A stretch of DNA of 64,000 bases from Ginglymostoma cirratum. Taxonomy: Eukaryota. This document shows, one piece after another, positions 50,380 through 62,685 of the stretch; position 1 is the stretch's first letter, and each line of letters begins with the position of its first letter. The notes beneath the pieces were generated by a model. It was not told the origin of the DNA and made no database searches. It was given only the letters and a program-made list of their open reading frames with translations. The DNA lies in NCBI GenBank assembly GCA_024137785.1, contig JAHRHZ010000004.1:22588005-22652004 (forward strand), read 5' to 3'. Position numbers and translations under genes: made by a program.

Positions 50380-51110
50380 GGAGTTAAACTACTGGTTTGG
50401 GGGGAGGGGGGCGATATGGGCCTCCCCCTTAATCCAGGCAGACGTAGTGGCGATTCTGGCAGAAATCTCTCTACTAGCCCCCCCGCCCCAAACCAAAACT
50501 CGTTAACAACCTTTTCATGGGAAAGAACGAGAGAGAGGGGTGTTGTTGGAGACTCAAGTTCACGGTCGGTGAGAAAAGAGAACAAGAGATAAAGGTGGGG
50601 ATGGTGAAGACCTGAGCCCCGGCTACATACCTCCCCGCGCACACACACACACAGAGACAGAGAGCTGAAGAGACACTGAGTCCCTACAGCAGTAAACCCC
50701 TTCTCTGCTTCACCGCTGGCTCCAGCCCACAAACACAGCAAAACAAGCTTCCCCAACACAAAGCTGCAGCACTTACAATCCTCCCGGTCGGATTTCATAG
50801 CTAGCGTGTGTTATGGAAGCTTGCGCCGGGCGCTCTCTCTCTTGCTGCTGCTCCTCCCTATTCAGGAGGAAACTGGTTTGAACTTTACCTGCGTTGGCAG
50901 GAATTTGACCCCCCCCCCCGCAGGTTCTTACTCTCTACACACAACCATGATGTCATGGGAGGCGGTGATAAAGTTTGTTGCTGTGAGATTTTCTTCTCTC
51001 CCCTCCCAGCACAAATTCTCTCTCCATCTAGTATTACACACAGGGATCTGAAAGCTCTGTACTAACTCCTCAGGGAGGGGGGAGTTTTAACCTAGCTCCC
51101 ACCTTTTTAA
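50380..51110 (-). promoter_or_regulatory. Putative internal promoter / 5' exon region of kazrin
   Basis: Locally more CpG (gcgccgggcgc, ccccgcgc, cccggtcgg), a GC box ccccgccc near 50481, G/C runs, GA/CA microsatellites, no transposons, and two minus-strand donors (50776, 50888). Confidence 0.5.
50777..50798 (-). CDS. KAZN: Candidate alternative first coding mini-exon of kazrin (MKSDRED + 1 nt)
   Basis: gctATG AAA TCC GAC CGG GAG GAT T|GTAAGT: purine at -3, consensus donor, and phase 1 matching the acceptor at 33802 (T+TG=Leu, giving MKSDREDLLLREEV). Sits in a CpG-enriched, repeat-poor island. Confidence 0.55.
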
Positions 51111-51694
51111 AGTGCTGGTAATTCGATCCCACAACCTGTTTCTTTGTCTCAGTTTCCAGGCTGTTCTTCAGTCAGGTGAGGATATATTCTCACAGACACC
51201 AGTCTACAGGTAGCTGCGGTCATATCTCAGCCTCTGCACAGACACTTGAGTCCTGGGACCCCAAAGCATAGCCTTGAAGCTGCTTTTTTTTTTGTACTCT
51301 GCCTGCTGTTAAATTTAGATTTAGGCTGCAAGTCCAAATGCAACTCAGTCATTTTGGCAGCGGGCTTGCTGGCCCAGGTTTGTTTTTTAAGAACTGTGTA
51401 GGATTGGCAGAGAATTAAATGCGTGTCAGGTAGCTTACTTGACACCAGTGTCTGGGAATCTGAAAAGAAAGCATGGCTAATATAAACGGAAGAGCTTGCA
51501 TTGACTTGGTGCCCCTCGCAATCTCCAGCTAGCCCAAACTGCTTTACAGCCAATGATGATACACTGTACTTTTGGGATGTAACCTCCATTGGTAATGTCA
51601 GAAGTTGGGCAACTAATGTGCGCCTAGCAAAGTCACACACACACAACACTAACTAGATAGCCTGTTTCTCTCAACGATGTGTTTGAGGGATTTT

Positions 51695-53460
51695 AAGCAA
51701 TGACTGGTCATGATCTGGAATGCTGAGATTGTAGCAGAGGCACATTCAGTTGGGGCATTCAAAAGAGAAATCTGTTCTGAAAGAGTCATAGAGCTATACA
51801 GCATGGAAACAGACCCTTCGGTCCAACTTGTCCATGCTGACCCCCAGATATCCTTAATTAAGCTAGTCCCATTTGCCTGCCTTTGGCCCATATCCCACTA
51901 AATCCTTCCTATACATACACCCATCCAGATTCCTTTTAAATGTAGTTGTACTGGACTCCACCACTTCCTCTGCCAGCTCATTCCAGACACGCACCGCCCA
52001 CTGCATGAAAAAGTTGCCCCTTCGGTTCCTTTTAAATCTTCCCCCTCTCACCTTAAACCTATGACCTCTAGTTTTGGACTCTCCCCTACGCTGGGGAAAA
52101 GACCTGGGTTATTCATGTCGAATTTGAAACGTTAACTCTGTTTCTCTCTTCACAGATCCAGCCAGACCTGCCGAGTTTCTTCAGCAATGTTCTGTTTTTA
52201 CTTCAAAAGACAATTCTATAATTATTTTTGAATAGTTGAATAATTATAGCACAGAAGAGGGCATTCAGCCCAGTGTGACCATGCTGGTCCTCAATCCATC
52301 AAAAGGCCTTCTAGCGTTTTTTTTTGTATCCCTGCGCATCTTTGCATATAATAACCAAATTTTCTGTTGATCCTGCCTCCAGGATACAGTATTTTCCAGA
52401 TCCTTAAAAACAAAGTTGTCATATTCCCAGCAGATCTTGGGGCTGCTCTCTCATTAGAGCGAGACAGCTGGTGGTGATTTTTAATTTGAAGGACAACATG
52501 CCTCAGGCGAGGGAGAGTTTGAGAAGGAGAGTCCTTCATTGTAGTCTCAGCCCCTGTGGGAATTCGACCCACAATCCTGCCTTGCAAACCAGCTGTCTAG
52601 CCAACTGAGCTAGCCAGTTCTGAAGAAGAGATTCAAAATGTTAACTCTATTTTCTCTCCACAGATGCTGCCAGACCTGCTGAGTTTCTCTAGAAATTTAT
52701 GCTCGGGTTGAGCTAGATCCTCACCACTCGCTGCGTGAAAAACATAGTTCCTTCCACCACCATTGCTTCTTTTTGCTAATTATATTAAACCTGCTTCTCA
52801 ATCCTCCAGCCAATGGGAACAGCTTCTCCCTCTCTGCTCTGTCTATGCTCCTCATGAGTTTGACACCACCCCCCCCATCAAATCTGCCCTCAACCTTCCA
52901 GGAAAACATTTGATTCCTTCAATCTCCCTACGTAACTGAAGTTTCTCATCTCTAGAACCATTCTTGTAAATCTTTTCTGCAACCTTTTCCAATGCCTTAC
53001 TGTCCTTCCTGAAGCCTGCTGGGCAGCATTGGACCCAATGGTTTGGTTGAGACTCAAGACAGAAGACAAGATTGCAGGGCCACAGGAAGCAAGTAGGCAA
53101 GTGGGACTAGGGACTAGCAGAGCATACGACCGGCCAAACAGCTTCCATGTTAACCTGGACATACGAACATTCCAATTAGGAGCAGGAGTAGGCCTCTCGC
53201 CCCCTCGGGCCTGCTTGGCCATTCGATAAAATCAAAATGGATTTGGTTACTCCACATTCCTATCTACCCCTGATAACCTTTCAACCCTGTGCTTATCAAG
53301 AATTTATCTCCTTCTGCCTGAAATTATACATAGACTTTTCTATCATGGTATTTTAAGGGAAACAGTTCTAAAGATTTGCAAAGAAAAGCAAATTCTCCTT
53401 ATCTGTTCAAAATGGACGACCTCTTATTTTTAAACAATCACCTCCCTGGTTCTGGACACC
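51695..53460. mobile_element. Cluster of CR1 fragments (mainly 51782-52115 -, 52720-53030 -, 53160-53460 -)
   Basis: GNFFMQWAVRVWNELAEEVVE, LQKRFTRMV and CR1 tails. Confidence 0.7.
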
Positions 53461-54807
53461 AGTGAGAAGCACCCCCCCCCCAACTCTGTTCTTCTGTAAA
53501 TAGCACCACAAAACCCGTTATGTTCACCTGCGAAGGCAGGCAGGGCCTCGACTTTATTGTATTATCTGAAACATATCAAATTTAGCTTCCAAAGCTTTGA
53601 GAGCTATCCAGCAGAAAGGCTGACCCAATCTCTGCTCACAATCATCCTTTAATTCAGCACAGCAATGCAATTTGATTACAGGGTTTCAAACATCCCGCAG
53701 TTTTCAGAGAATTCCAACAGTGTATCCAACTAGGCCAGGGATTCAATACAGTGGGTAATGACAGTGTGACAACTTCATGTCTTTTCACACACTCTGTTGG
53801 CTGGTCATTTTAAATTAAACCTATAAAATCTCCGCACTTGAGGATGGCTTACAACTTGTACTTGAACACAAGGTCAGTTCAGTACGACTGTCGAAGAGTT
53901 ATTCTGAATGTCATGCCATTGACTGGCCAGCACCCCAGTGTTACCACTGGCAACAATCACACAGAGCTCTCGGTGAAGGGTCAAGTACCAATGTTCACAT
54001 TAAGGCAAAGACCAAGCCATTCATGCCTCTGTTTCCCTGGGATTTGTGTTACAGTCGCAACAGGAAGTCAGGGAACTCTGACAAAATGTTACCCTTTGGC
54101 TTTTATTTCCGAGAACTGAGTTCTAATTTAATATAGAATAATTGGGATGGTAATTATATTTGCTCAGTGTCTCAGGATCTCCTGGATCACTTCACAACTA
54201 ATGAATTACTTTAGAAATGCAATTGCTGTTCTGCCACTGATATCATAGCAGCCATTTTCAACACAGCAAGATTCCACAGTTAACAATGCGATGATTGACC
54301 AGTTAACCTGTTTGTTAAGTAATGAATATTGGCCAATCACTAGGAGAAAGCTCTTTTACAGGATTCCTTGGAGATGGGGCATTAATTTTAAGGTCATTGA
54401 TAAATTCTATATTCCTTCAGCACTGCGCTGAAGTGCTAACATAAGTGATGTACTGCAGTGCGGTTCAGTGTTATAATTTACGGACTCATGAGAGTCCTAT
54501 CAGTGAATCAACCTGATATCGCCCCAACTTTGGCAATTTTCTAATCCATTTTGGAACTTAGTGAATGTAATCTCATTATTCAAGAAACGTGAGGAAATAC
54601 ATGCTGATTAGCTGGACACCAGTAAAGGAAAGAATACTGGAATCTAATAATAAGGATTGGGCAGGAGTGACACAGATTTCTGAATGGAAAATCCTCTATT
54701 TAACAAAGTTCTCATCTATTTAGTGAAGCACCTAGTGGAGTAGATAAGGGAACACCAGTGCATGTAGTGTCTTTGGATTTTCAAAAAGAGATTCTATAAT
54801 GTACTGT

Positions 54808-55112
54808 GGGACAGCACAGTGGCTCAATGGTTAGCACTGTTGCCTTACAGCACCAGGGACCCGGGTTCGATTACATCCTCGGGCGACTGTCTGTGTGGAC
54901 TGTGCACGTTCTCCCCGTGTCTGTGTGGGCTTCCTCCGGGTGCTCCGGTTTCCTTCACAGTCCAAAGACGTCCAGGCTACGTGGATTGGCCATGCTAAAT
55001 TGCCCATAGCATTCAGGAATGCGTAGATGAGGTGGATTAAAGGGGAATGGGTTGGTGTAGACTTGTTGGGCCAAAGGGCCTGTTACCACACTATAGGGAT
55101 TCTATGTTTCTA
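54808..55112 (+). mobile_element. HE1-like V-SINE
   Basis: Head, V-domain gggcttcctccgggtgctccggtttcc, and tail. Confidence 0.8.
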
Positions 55113-55192
55113 TGAAAATCAGAACTAATGAGGATAGAATAATCATGGACTAAGGTTTGGTAAACAAGTAGAAAACATGATTCAGAATAAAT

Positions 55193-56215
55193 GGAACAGA
55201 AACAGAAGCTGCTGGAAAAGCTTAGCAGGTCTGGCAGCATCTGTGAAGGAAAATCAGAGTTAATGTTTTGGGTCTGGTGACCCTTCTTCTGAACTGATGA
55301 TAGCTAGGAGGGAAAATGAGTTGTTGTTTTTCCAGCTTGTGCTGAAAGACTGCAGCAAGCCTGAGACAGAGATGTTGGCCAACGAACAGGCTGGCATGTT
55401 AAAGGGGCAGGCAACTGGAAGCTCAAACACACCACCCTGTTCCCTGGCCAACATCTCTGTCTCTGCATCGCTGCAGTGTTCCAGCGAGACTCAGCGTAAG
55501 CTGGAAAAACAACACCTCATTTTCCCCTTGGGGGGCCCTGCAGGCCTCTGGACTCAATATTGAGTTCAATAATTTTAGGGCCTAAACTCTCCCAAGTCCC
55601 AGCCCCCTACCCCACACACCAGGCCCTGTTATCACATAGCCTGCCATTACACACTACCTATTGTTAGTCACTAACAGTCCCCATTAATAGCTATTCACCC
55701 TCCTACCTGAGATAACATGATGTAGAGCTGGATGAACACAGCAGGCCAAGCAGCATTAGAGGGGCAGGAAAGCTGACGTTTCAGAAATTCTGAAGAAGGG
55801 TGTAGGCCCGAAACGTCAGCTTTTCTGCTCCTCTGATGCTGCCTGGCCTGCTGTGTTCATCCAGCTCTACACCTTGTTATCTCAGATTCTCCAGCATCTG
55901 CAGTTCCGACTATCTCTGAAACAATTTACACCCTCCTACCTAGATCGTTATCCACTCCTTTGTCTGTACAACTGTTTTCTCTCTCTTTGGGCACTATCCC
56001 CACCTATCGTTCATTCTTTACCCTCTCCCCCCACCCTAGCTTCTGCATATAAACTGACAATTTCGTAGCTACCATCAGTTCTGAGGAAGGGTCACCGGAT
56101 GCAAAACATTAACTTTGATTCTTTTTCTTCACAGATGCTGCCAGACCTGCTGAGCTTTTCTGGCAAGTTCTGCCTTTGTTCCTGATTTACAGCATCTGCA
56201 GTTCTTTCGGATTTT
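55193..56215 (+). mobile_element. Penelope-like element (family B) 3' fragment with inverted 5' arm and nested family A insertion
   Basis: Plus strand encodes QCSSETQRKLEKQHLIF..., similar to the family A C-terminus. 55310-55391 is inverted relative to 55436-55525. A terminal hammerhead-like motif lies at ~56080-56113 and its inverted copy at ~55257-55292. Confidence 0.8.
55709..55917. mobile_element. Inverted dimer of PLE family A terminus nested in family B element
   Basis: Arms 55709-55783 (-) and 55788-55917 (+); intact core at 55790-55817; caccctcctacct is repeated at 55696-55708 and 55929-55941. Confidence 0.8.
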
Positions 56216-56821
56216 ATTGTGAATAAATGGGTTATTTTTGGAGCTAGTAGGTTGGAACAAGGAAGGTGCCACGAGGATCAGAGCTTGCCCATCAGCTATT
56301 TTCAGTGTCCATGAGTGACTCACATGAAGGGACTAAGTGGAATGTTTCAAAGGTTGGTGACTGTTCAAACTTAGGTGGGAAAATAACCTTGAGGGAGACT
56401 GCAAAGAATGGGCCAGGTCAAGTGAATTGGCAAAATGTGGTAAAATTAACATATTATGGACAAATGTGAAGTTACCCCACTGTAATAGGTAAAACAGAAA
56501 AGCAGAATACTTTCTCAATGTGAGGGATTGGGAAATGCTGGTATTCAGAGGAATCCAGTGTCTTTAAACATGAATTGTAGAAATTTAACACCAATAGTTG
56601 GGAACGCAAATGGTCTGGTAGTCTTTATCACAATGAGATTACAGCATAAGAAGAAAGAAGTTTTATTGCAGTTGTACAGTGTTTTGGTAAGAGCATGTCT
56701 AGAATACTGTCGACAGCATTGACCACCTTGGGTAGAGAAGGGTAAACGAACTTTGGAAGCAACGTGTAAAAGATTCACCAGACTGATTCTGCAGCTGAGA
56801 GCACTGTTCTATGAGGAAAGA

Positions 56822-57032
56822 TAGAATCATGGAATCCCTACAGTGTGGAAGCAGGCCATTTGGCCCATCAAGTCCACACTGACCCTCTGAAGAGCATCCC
56901 ACCCAGACCCACACCCGCTACCCTATTCCCTGTAACCCTGCATTTCCCATGGCTAACCCACCTAGCCTGCATACCCCTGGACACAATGGGCAATTCAGCG
57001 TGGCCAATCCACCCTAACCTGCACATCTTTGG
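56822..57032 (-). mobile_element. HE1-like V-SINE 3' half
   Basis: atcatggaatccctacagtgtggaagcaggcc...cctgcacatctttgga. Confidence 0.75.
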
Positions 57033-57589
57033 AGAGTCACTGATGTGTAATGGACCAAAACTGGACCCGCATCTCCGCATTAGTTCATTACTGACGTCCA
57101 GCAAAGGGGCAGAACCAGAGTAAAGCTTGCTCTACATTGCTCCTTCACGTAGACCCAGGCCAGATATATCAGGATGTCCTGTACCAGGCAGACTCAGATG
57201 TGGACAGAGATGTTGGCTGAAGATGCTTTGTGAAAGTAAAGCCCGTCAAATCTGATCTCTGAGTGAGCCACTGCTGCCCACTGAAGTGATTAGGTCCATA
57301 TTCTCCAGAAAAAACTTAGAAAAATGATAAGCAATCTCATTGAAATACATAACATTCGTAAGCAGCAAGGCAGAGATAGGTACAGGTAGCATGTTCCCCC
57401 AAAATAAGCAGCAAAGGCTCAGACGAAGGGATCTGCCGTTTAGGACTGAGATGAGTAGAAATGTTGTCACTGAAAGGGCTATGAACGCTTAGAATTCTCA
57501 ACTCCAGACAGTGTGGGTGCTCATGGATTGAATATACTCAAGTCATAGGCTGACAGACATTTGAGTACAAAGAGAATTGAGAAATACAT

Positions 57590-57875
57590 GGTATGTCACA
57601 GTAGCTCACAGCTTGCAGGGACCTGGGTTCAATTGTATGTTCTCCCGGTGTCTGTGTGGGTTTCCTCCCACAGTCCTAAGATGTGCAAGATAGGTGCATT
57701 GGCGATGCTAAATTGCCCACAGTGTCTGGGGATATGTGGTTAGTGGATTAGCCATGGGAAATGTGGTGTTAAAGAGGTAGGGTAGGGGTGCGAGTCTGGG
57801 TGGGATGCTCTTCAGAGAGTCGGTATGGGCTTGTTGGGCCAAATGGCCTGTTTCCATACCGTAGGGATTCTATGA
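57590..57875 (+). mobile_element. HE1-like V-SINE
   Basis: Core and tail ggcctgtttccataccgtagggattctatga. Confidence 0.75.
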
Positions 57876-58114
57876 GGTGCAGGGATTTTGTGTCGCTAAG
57901 GTCAAGGATCAGTTGTGATCTTAGTGAATGGTAGAGAAGATTTGAACGGCTCACATCTGCTTGTCTTATAGACTTCATCTTCTCAGGCAGGCTGCTTTGT
58001 GAGACGGGCGTAAGGACATAACGTCTATGATGTAAAGTGTGGTCTTCTGGGATGGAACTGAAGCACCTTCTTAGGGCAGTGTGAAAAGATGAGATTCCGT
58101 TGGCTTATTGGGAT

Positions 58115-58510
58115 AGTGTAGAGGGAGCTTTACTGTGTATCAAGCCTCGTGCTGTCCCTGTCCTGGGAGAGTTTGATGGGGGACAGTGTAAAGAGAGCTT
58201 TACTCTGAATCTGACCCCATGCTGTCCCTGTCCTGGGAGAGTTTGATGGGGGACAGTGTAAAGAGAGCTTTACTCTGTATCTGACCCCATGCTGTCCCTG
58301 TCCTGGGAGTGTTTGATGGGGAACAGTGTAGTGAGAGCTTTACTCTGTGTCTGACCCCTTGCTGTACCTGTCCTGCAAGCTTTTGATGGGAACAGTGTAG
58401 AGAAACCTTTACTTTCAGTTTAAAAGAAAGAGAAAGTAAGACTCTGTATCTAACCTCATGCTGCACTTGGTACGGACAGTTTGATGACACAGTGGAAGGA
58501 ATGCTTTCCT
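58115..58510 (+). repeat. 70-bp minisatellite, about 5.5 copies
   Basis: Unit gtgtaaagagagctttactctgtatctgaccccatgctgtccctgtcctgggagagtttgatgggggaca starts at 58116, 58186, 58256 and 58326, then degenerates. Confidence 0.95.
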
Positions 58511-58987
58511 CTGATGGTGGGGCTGCTGAGCTGAAGGATTTTGCTGAAGGACTTCCTCTTGGCCCTGAAGCCACAGTGATCACACTCCCTTATCACTAAA
58601 CGCCCTGCATGCCACAGGGACGGGTCCCAGCAATGCGCCTGACATCAGCATCTAACCCCAGAACTAATCTCTGGCTGTGGATGCCTGAAACGTCGAGCAT
58701 TTCTGAAAGCAGAAAACCTTTACAAAGGCAACATGTATTAACCCTCCAGTGACTGAAGGAACAAAGAAATAAATCAAGAGAAAGAATCTTCATTCATTCC
58801 TGAGGGGGGAAACAAGCAAATCACCTCATGAGAACTTGCAGAATGTTTGCATAAAATGTTAACATTTCTTGTTAAATCTGCTTATTACTTCATTTCTGAT
58901 AGCAAAACTTACAGTTGTTTAATGATTAATAAAAATAATCGTACATTAAATAAGTGACCGAGAGTGACTGTCTCCACCAGCAGCTGT

Positions 58988-60545
58988 TATAGTCATACAA
59001 CATGGAAACAGACCTTTCGGTCCAACTCGTCCATGCTGACCAGACATCCCAATCTGACCCACTCCCATTTGCCAGTGGTTGTAGACCTGCCCGCCAAGTT
59101 GGTGTGTTTGATTGCAGACACTTTGTCACCCTGCTAGTTAACATCGTCAGTGCGCCCCCAGTGAAGCATTGGTGTTCTGTCCCACTTGTTATCGATATGC
59201 CTCGGTTTGCTGGGGTGGTTGGCATTACTTCTGGTTCAGTTTTTCAGTGGTTTGTATATCGGGTTCAGTTCGATGTGTTTGTTGATGGAGATCCGGTTGG
59301 AATGCCAGGCCTCCGGGAATTTCCTGGCATGTCTCTGTTTGGTTTATGCTATTATCAATGTGTCGTCGCAGTCGGATTCTTTGTCCATGTGTATTGAGAC
59401 CAGTGAGAATTGGTCGTGTCTCTTGGTGGCTAATTGGTGTTTATGTATCTTTATTGTCAGTTTTCTTCCAGTTTGGCCTATGTAATGTTTCTCACAGTCC
59501 TTGCATGGTATTTTGTATATTACATTAGTTTTATTGATTGTGGGTAAGGGATCCTTTACGTTCGTCAGTAACTGTTGCAGGGTGGGTTACACTGATACCT
59601 AGGGGTCTGCATAATCTTGTGGTCATCTCTGGTATATCTCTGATGTACGGTAGGGTGACTAGTGTGTCTGGCCGTGTTGAGTCTTGTTTTGCTCTGTGAT
59701 GGAGATAACAGCGGATTGTGCTTTTTGGGTATCCATTCCTTTTAAAAGCTCCGTGTAAGTGCTTCCTGTTCTGCTTTGTGCAATTCTGGGTTGATGCAGT
59801 GTGTTGTGGCCCATTTGAACAATGTCCTGATGCAGCTCTGTTATAGGTGTTGGGGTGGTTGCTGGAGTAATTAAGAGACCAAGCGGCGTGCCCAATTCTC
59901 ACTGGTCTCAATACACACCAGCAAAGAAAGACACAAATTCGACTGGGACAACACATCCATAATAGCACGAGCCAAACAGAGACATGCCAGGAAATTCCCG
60001 GAGGCCTGGCATTCCAACCAGAATTCCATCAACGAGCACATTGAACTGAACCTGATGTACAAACCACTGAAAAACAGAACTAGAAGTAATGCCAACCACC
60101 CCAGCAAACTGAGGCATCTCGATAACTAGCGGGACCGAACACCAATGCTTCACCGGAGGTATACTAACAATGTTACCTAGCAGGTGACGAAACGTCTGCA
60201 ATCAAACACACTGGCTCAGCGAGCAAGTCTACAACCTCAACCACAACCCGAGTTACATATCTTCTCAAAAACCCATCTGCCAGCATTTGGCTCGTATTCC
60301 TCTAAACCTTTCCGATTCATTTACCCATCCAGGTGCCTTTTAAATGTTGTAAATGTAGCCACCGCCATTACTTCCTCTGGCAGCTCATTCCATACACACA
60401 CCACCCTCTACGTGAGAAAGCTACCCCTCAGATCCATTTGAAGTTTTTCCCCTCTCACCTTAAATCTATACCGTCTAGTTTTGGACTCCCCTACCCTGGG
60501 AGAAAGACCTTGGCCATTCACCATATCCGTGCCCCTCATGATTTA
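58988..60545 (-). mobile_element. CR1 3' end split by PLE family C (58988-59075 and 60271-60545)
   Basis: HER1-like 3' sequence is colinear across the PLE. Confidence 0.8.
59076..60270 (-). mobile_element. Penelope-like retroelement (family C, Poseidon/Penelope-like) with inverted pseudo-LTR
   Basis: Minus strand reads TNVIYKIPCKDCEKHYIGQTGRKL (GIY-YIG) and ..FKRNGYPKSTI..VTLPYIRDI... Segment 59890-60236 is an inverted copy of 59076-59415. Hammerhead motifs at 59113-59153 (-) and 60160-60200 (+). Flanked by cccatttgccag / cccatctgccag inside a CR1 3' end. Confidence 0.9.
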
Positions 60546-60783
60546 TTTGAAACAATCCAACAGCTCTGGGAGTAAACTCCCACTGTTACAGCAACCAAAG
60601 AGCAGGTCCCTCAGAGTAAACATAGATGTCTCTGGAGTTACAAGCACTCTGTAGGTTAGCAGTATGAAGGGGAAGAAGAATTCCACAGTAAAGCCAAGTT
60701 TTTGAGATTCCTGAAGGAAGCAGGTTACAGGGAGGAGACTGTGACAGTTTTAGGAGGAAGTGCTCACAGCTCAAGTCATTTAT

Positions 60784-60912
60784 AGATAGTAGGAACTGCC
60801 GATGCTGGAGTCTGAAATAACAAGGTGTGGAGCTGGAGGAACACAGCAGGCCAAGCAGCATCAGAGGAGCAGGAAAGCTGATGTTTCAAGTCTGGGCCCT
60901 TCTTCAGAAATG
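60784..60912 (-). mobile_element. Solo PLE family A unit
   Basis: Full ~130-nt terminus from agatagtaggaactg to cttcttcagaaatg; core CTGAAGA..GAAAC ATC on the minus strand at 60880-60907. Confidence 0.8.
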
Positions 60913-61803
60913 ACCCTTCACAGTGTACCAATCAGGTGTCAAAACCACTAAACAGAAGAGGGGAAGAGAGAGAGGGATAACCCTTTCAATACTGATTGAC
61001 TTTACAGAGTTTAATGTTTTTATTATTTCAAATCACAGGTTCTACACGCTGCCTCTTCAACCTCCCAAACCTCTGGTAGTGAGAAGGTATTGGGCAGCAA
61101 ATGTGAGGGAGCGTCACAACTACAGATTCCCCTCCAAGCCACAGAATGAACAAGTCCCGATTTGGAACTCTATCACTGTTCCTTCACTGCTGCTCAATCA
61201 AAATCCTGGACCTTCCTGCCTGAACAGCATTGTGGGTGTCCTCACACCCCAAGGACTGTCGTGGTTCAGAAAAGAAACTAGGCCCCATCTCTTCCACGGA
61301 ATGGGTGAATAATCAGTGAAACATCCAAGAAAGGATAAAGAAAAAAATCTGACAATGCATTTCAGACAATCTATAGTAAAGTGGTAGCTACACCCTCCCC
61401 CCAATCTATAGCAGCGAGAGTTCTGTAGGGTGTCTTATGCACTTCAGAAGTACCAACAGGTAAAATGGAAGCTGTGTGCCTCAGCCCAACGTTAAAATGG
61501 AAAGCAGGATACAAACTGTCTACCGGATCAAACAAAAGTTATTGATGTGGAAATCAGAAACAGGTTGAGAGACCTGGACAAGGATCATAATCTGCAGTAT
61601 CCCCAATGGATCAAAATAGACAGGACTGGTTTTACATTGTTCATGGCAAGCACTTTCATGGGGGTTCTGGCTGGAGATTGGAAATCAATATCTGCACTGG
61701 AAATCTGCATTATCCACGTGGATCACTGAGTTTTGCAAGCCAATGAGAATCTGTCTTATTGTAATGTCCTAAAGGTAACGCAGTCCAGATATGCTATTGT
61801 ATC

Positions 61804-61884
61804 AGAAATAAAAGGTACTGCAGATGTTGGATTGATGCTGCTTGACCTGCTGTGTTCATCCAGCCCCATGCTTGTTATCCCAGA
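61804..61884. mobile_element. Internally deleted inverted PLE family A fragment
   Basis: ataaaaggtactgcagatgttgga (- terminus) joined to tgatgctgcttgacctgctgtgttcatccagccccatgcttgttatc (+). Confidence 0.65.
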
Positions 61885-62497
61885 TATGCTATTGGAATCT
61901 TTTCATGGACCTATTTTGTTGGGACCTCTGATGTGCTGTGCATCAGACGGTCATTGCCAATTCTGGATGTATTGTCCAACCTGGGATTCAGATTACTGAG
62001 GACCCCTTCTGCTCAGGGAACACTCCCTTTCGCCTTAAACATAAGACGGACCTATGGATTGAATGATGAGTGACTAGAAAGCTGCTCAGTACAGGCTTTG
62101 ATTCTGTTCTTGTGCTAGAGATCCAGAGTTCCTCATCCTCATTGTGGCATATGTGTAATGGTATGTATCAGCATGTCCAAACCCCTTCATGGCCTCAACC
62201 CCTCACCATCTCTGTCCCATCCACCAGCCTAACAAGCCCTCTGAAATCTCTGCATTCCTCCATTATATTCCTCTATCTTCTACACAGCCCTTACCGTTGC
62301 TGCGGCACTGATGACAGCTCCTTTAGTTTGCTATATTCTGCGATTCCCTCTCCAAACCTTTCTATCTCATTCTCCTCAACAAAGCTCCTTACGAATCACT
62401 TTGTTCACCTGGTCTTGGCCAGGTGTCACGTGTCTTTGTGAAGCATCGTGGAGGATACCACTACACTGCAAGAATGGACAGACAGACGGTACTCATG

Positions 62498-62685
62498 GAC
62501 ACACGCATGCAGACACAGACAGTCACTCTCGCACACACACACACAGACATACACATGAACGCACACACATGCATGCACGCGCACACATGCACTCACATGC
62601 GCGCACACACACACGCATGCACACACACATATGCACACATACACAAGCACACCCACACACATGCATGCACACGCACAGACACATA
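62498..62685 (+). repeat. Degenerate (CA)n/(CATG,CACG) microsatellite
   Basis: ~190 bp of nearly unbroken alternating purine-pyrimidine sequence. Confidence 0.95.

Larger units (their letters stand above)
56215..57975 (+). mobile_element. Old CR1 remnant interrupted by SINEs (continues from ~54500-55190)
   Basis: KEVLLQLYSVLVRACLEYC; the later piece ends in a CR1-type tail near 57900-57970. Confidence 0.6.

Noticed and set aside
50361-50798. 145-aa ORF with signal-peptide-like start
   Set aside because: A consensus donor follows codon 7, and the remainder crosses microsatellite and low-complexity sequence.
58115-58510. Regularly spaced repeats resembling a CRISPR array
   Set aside because: Whole 70-bp units repeat with no unique spacers, there are no cas genes, and the context is vertebrate.
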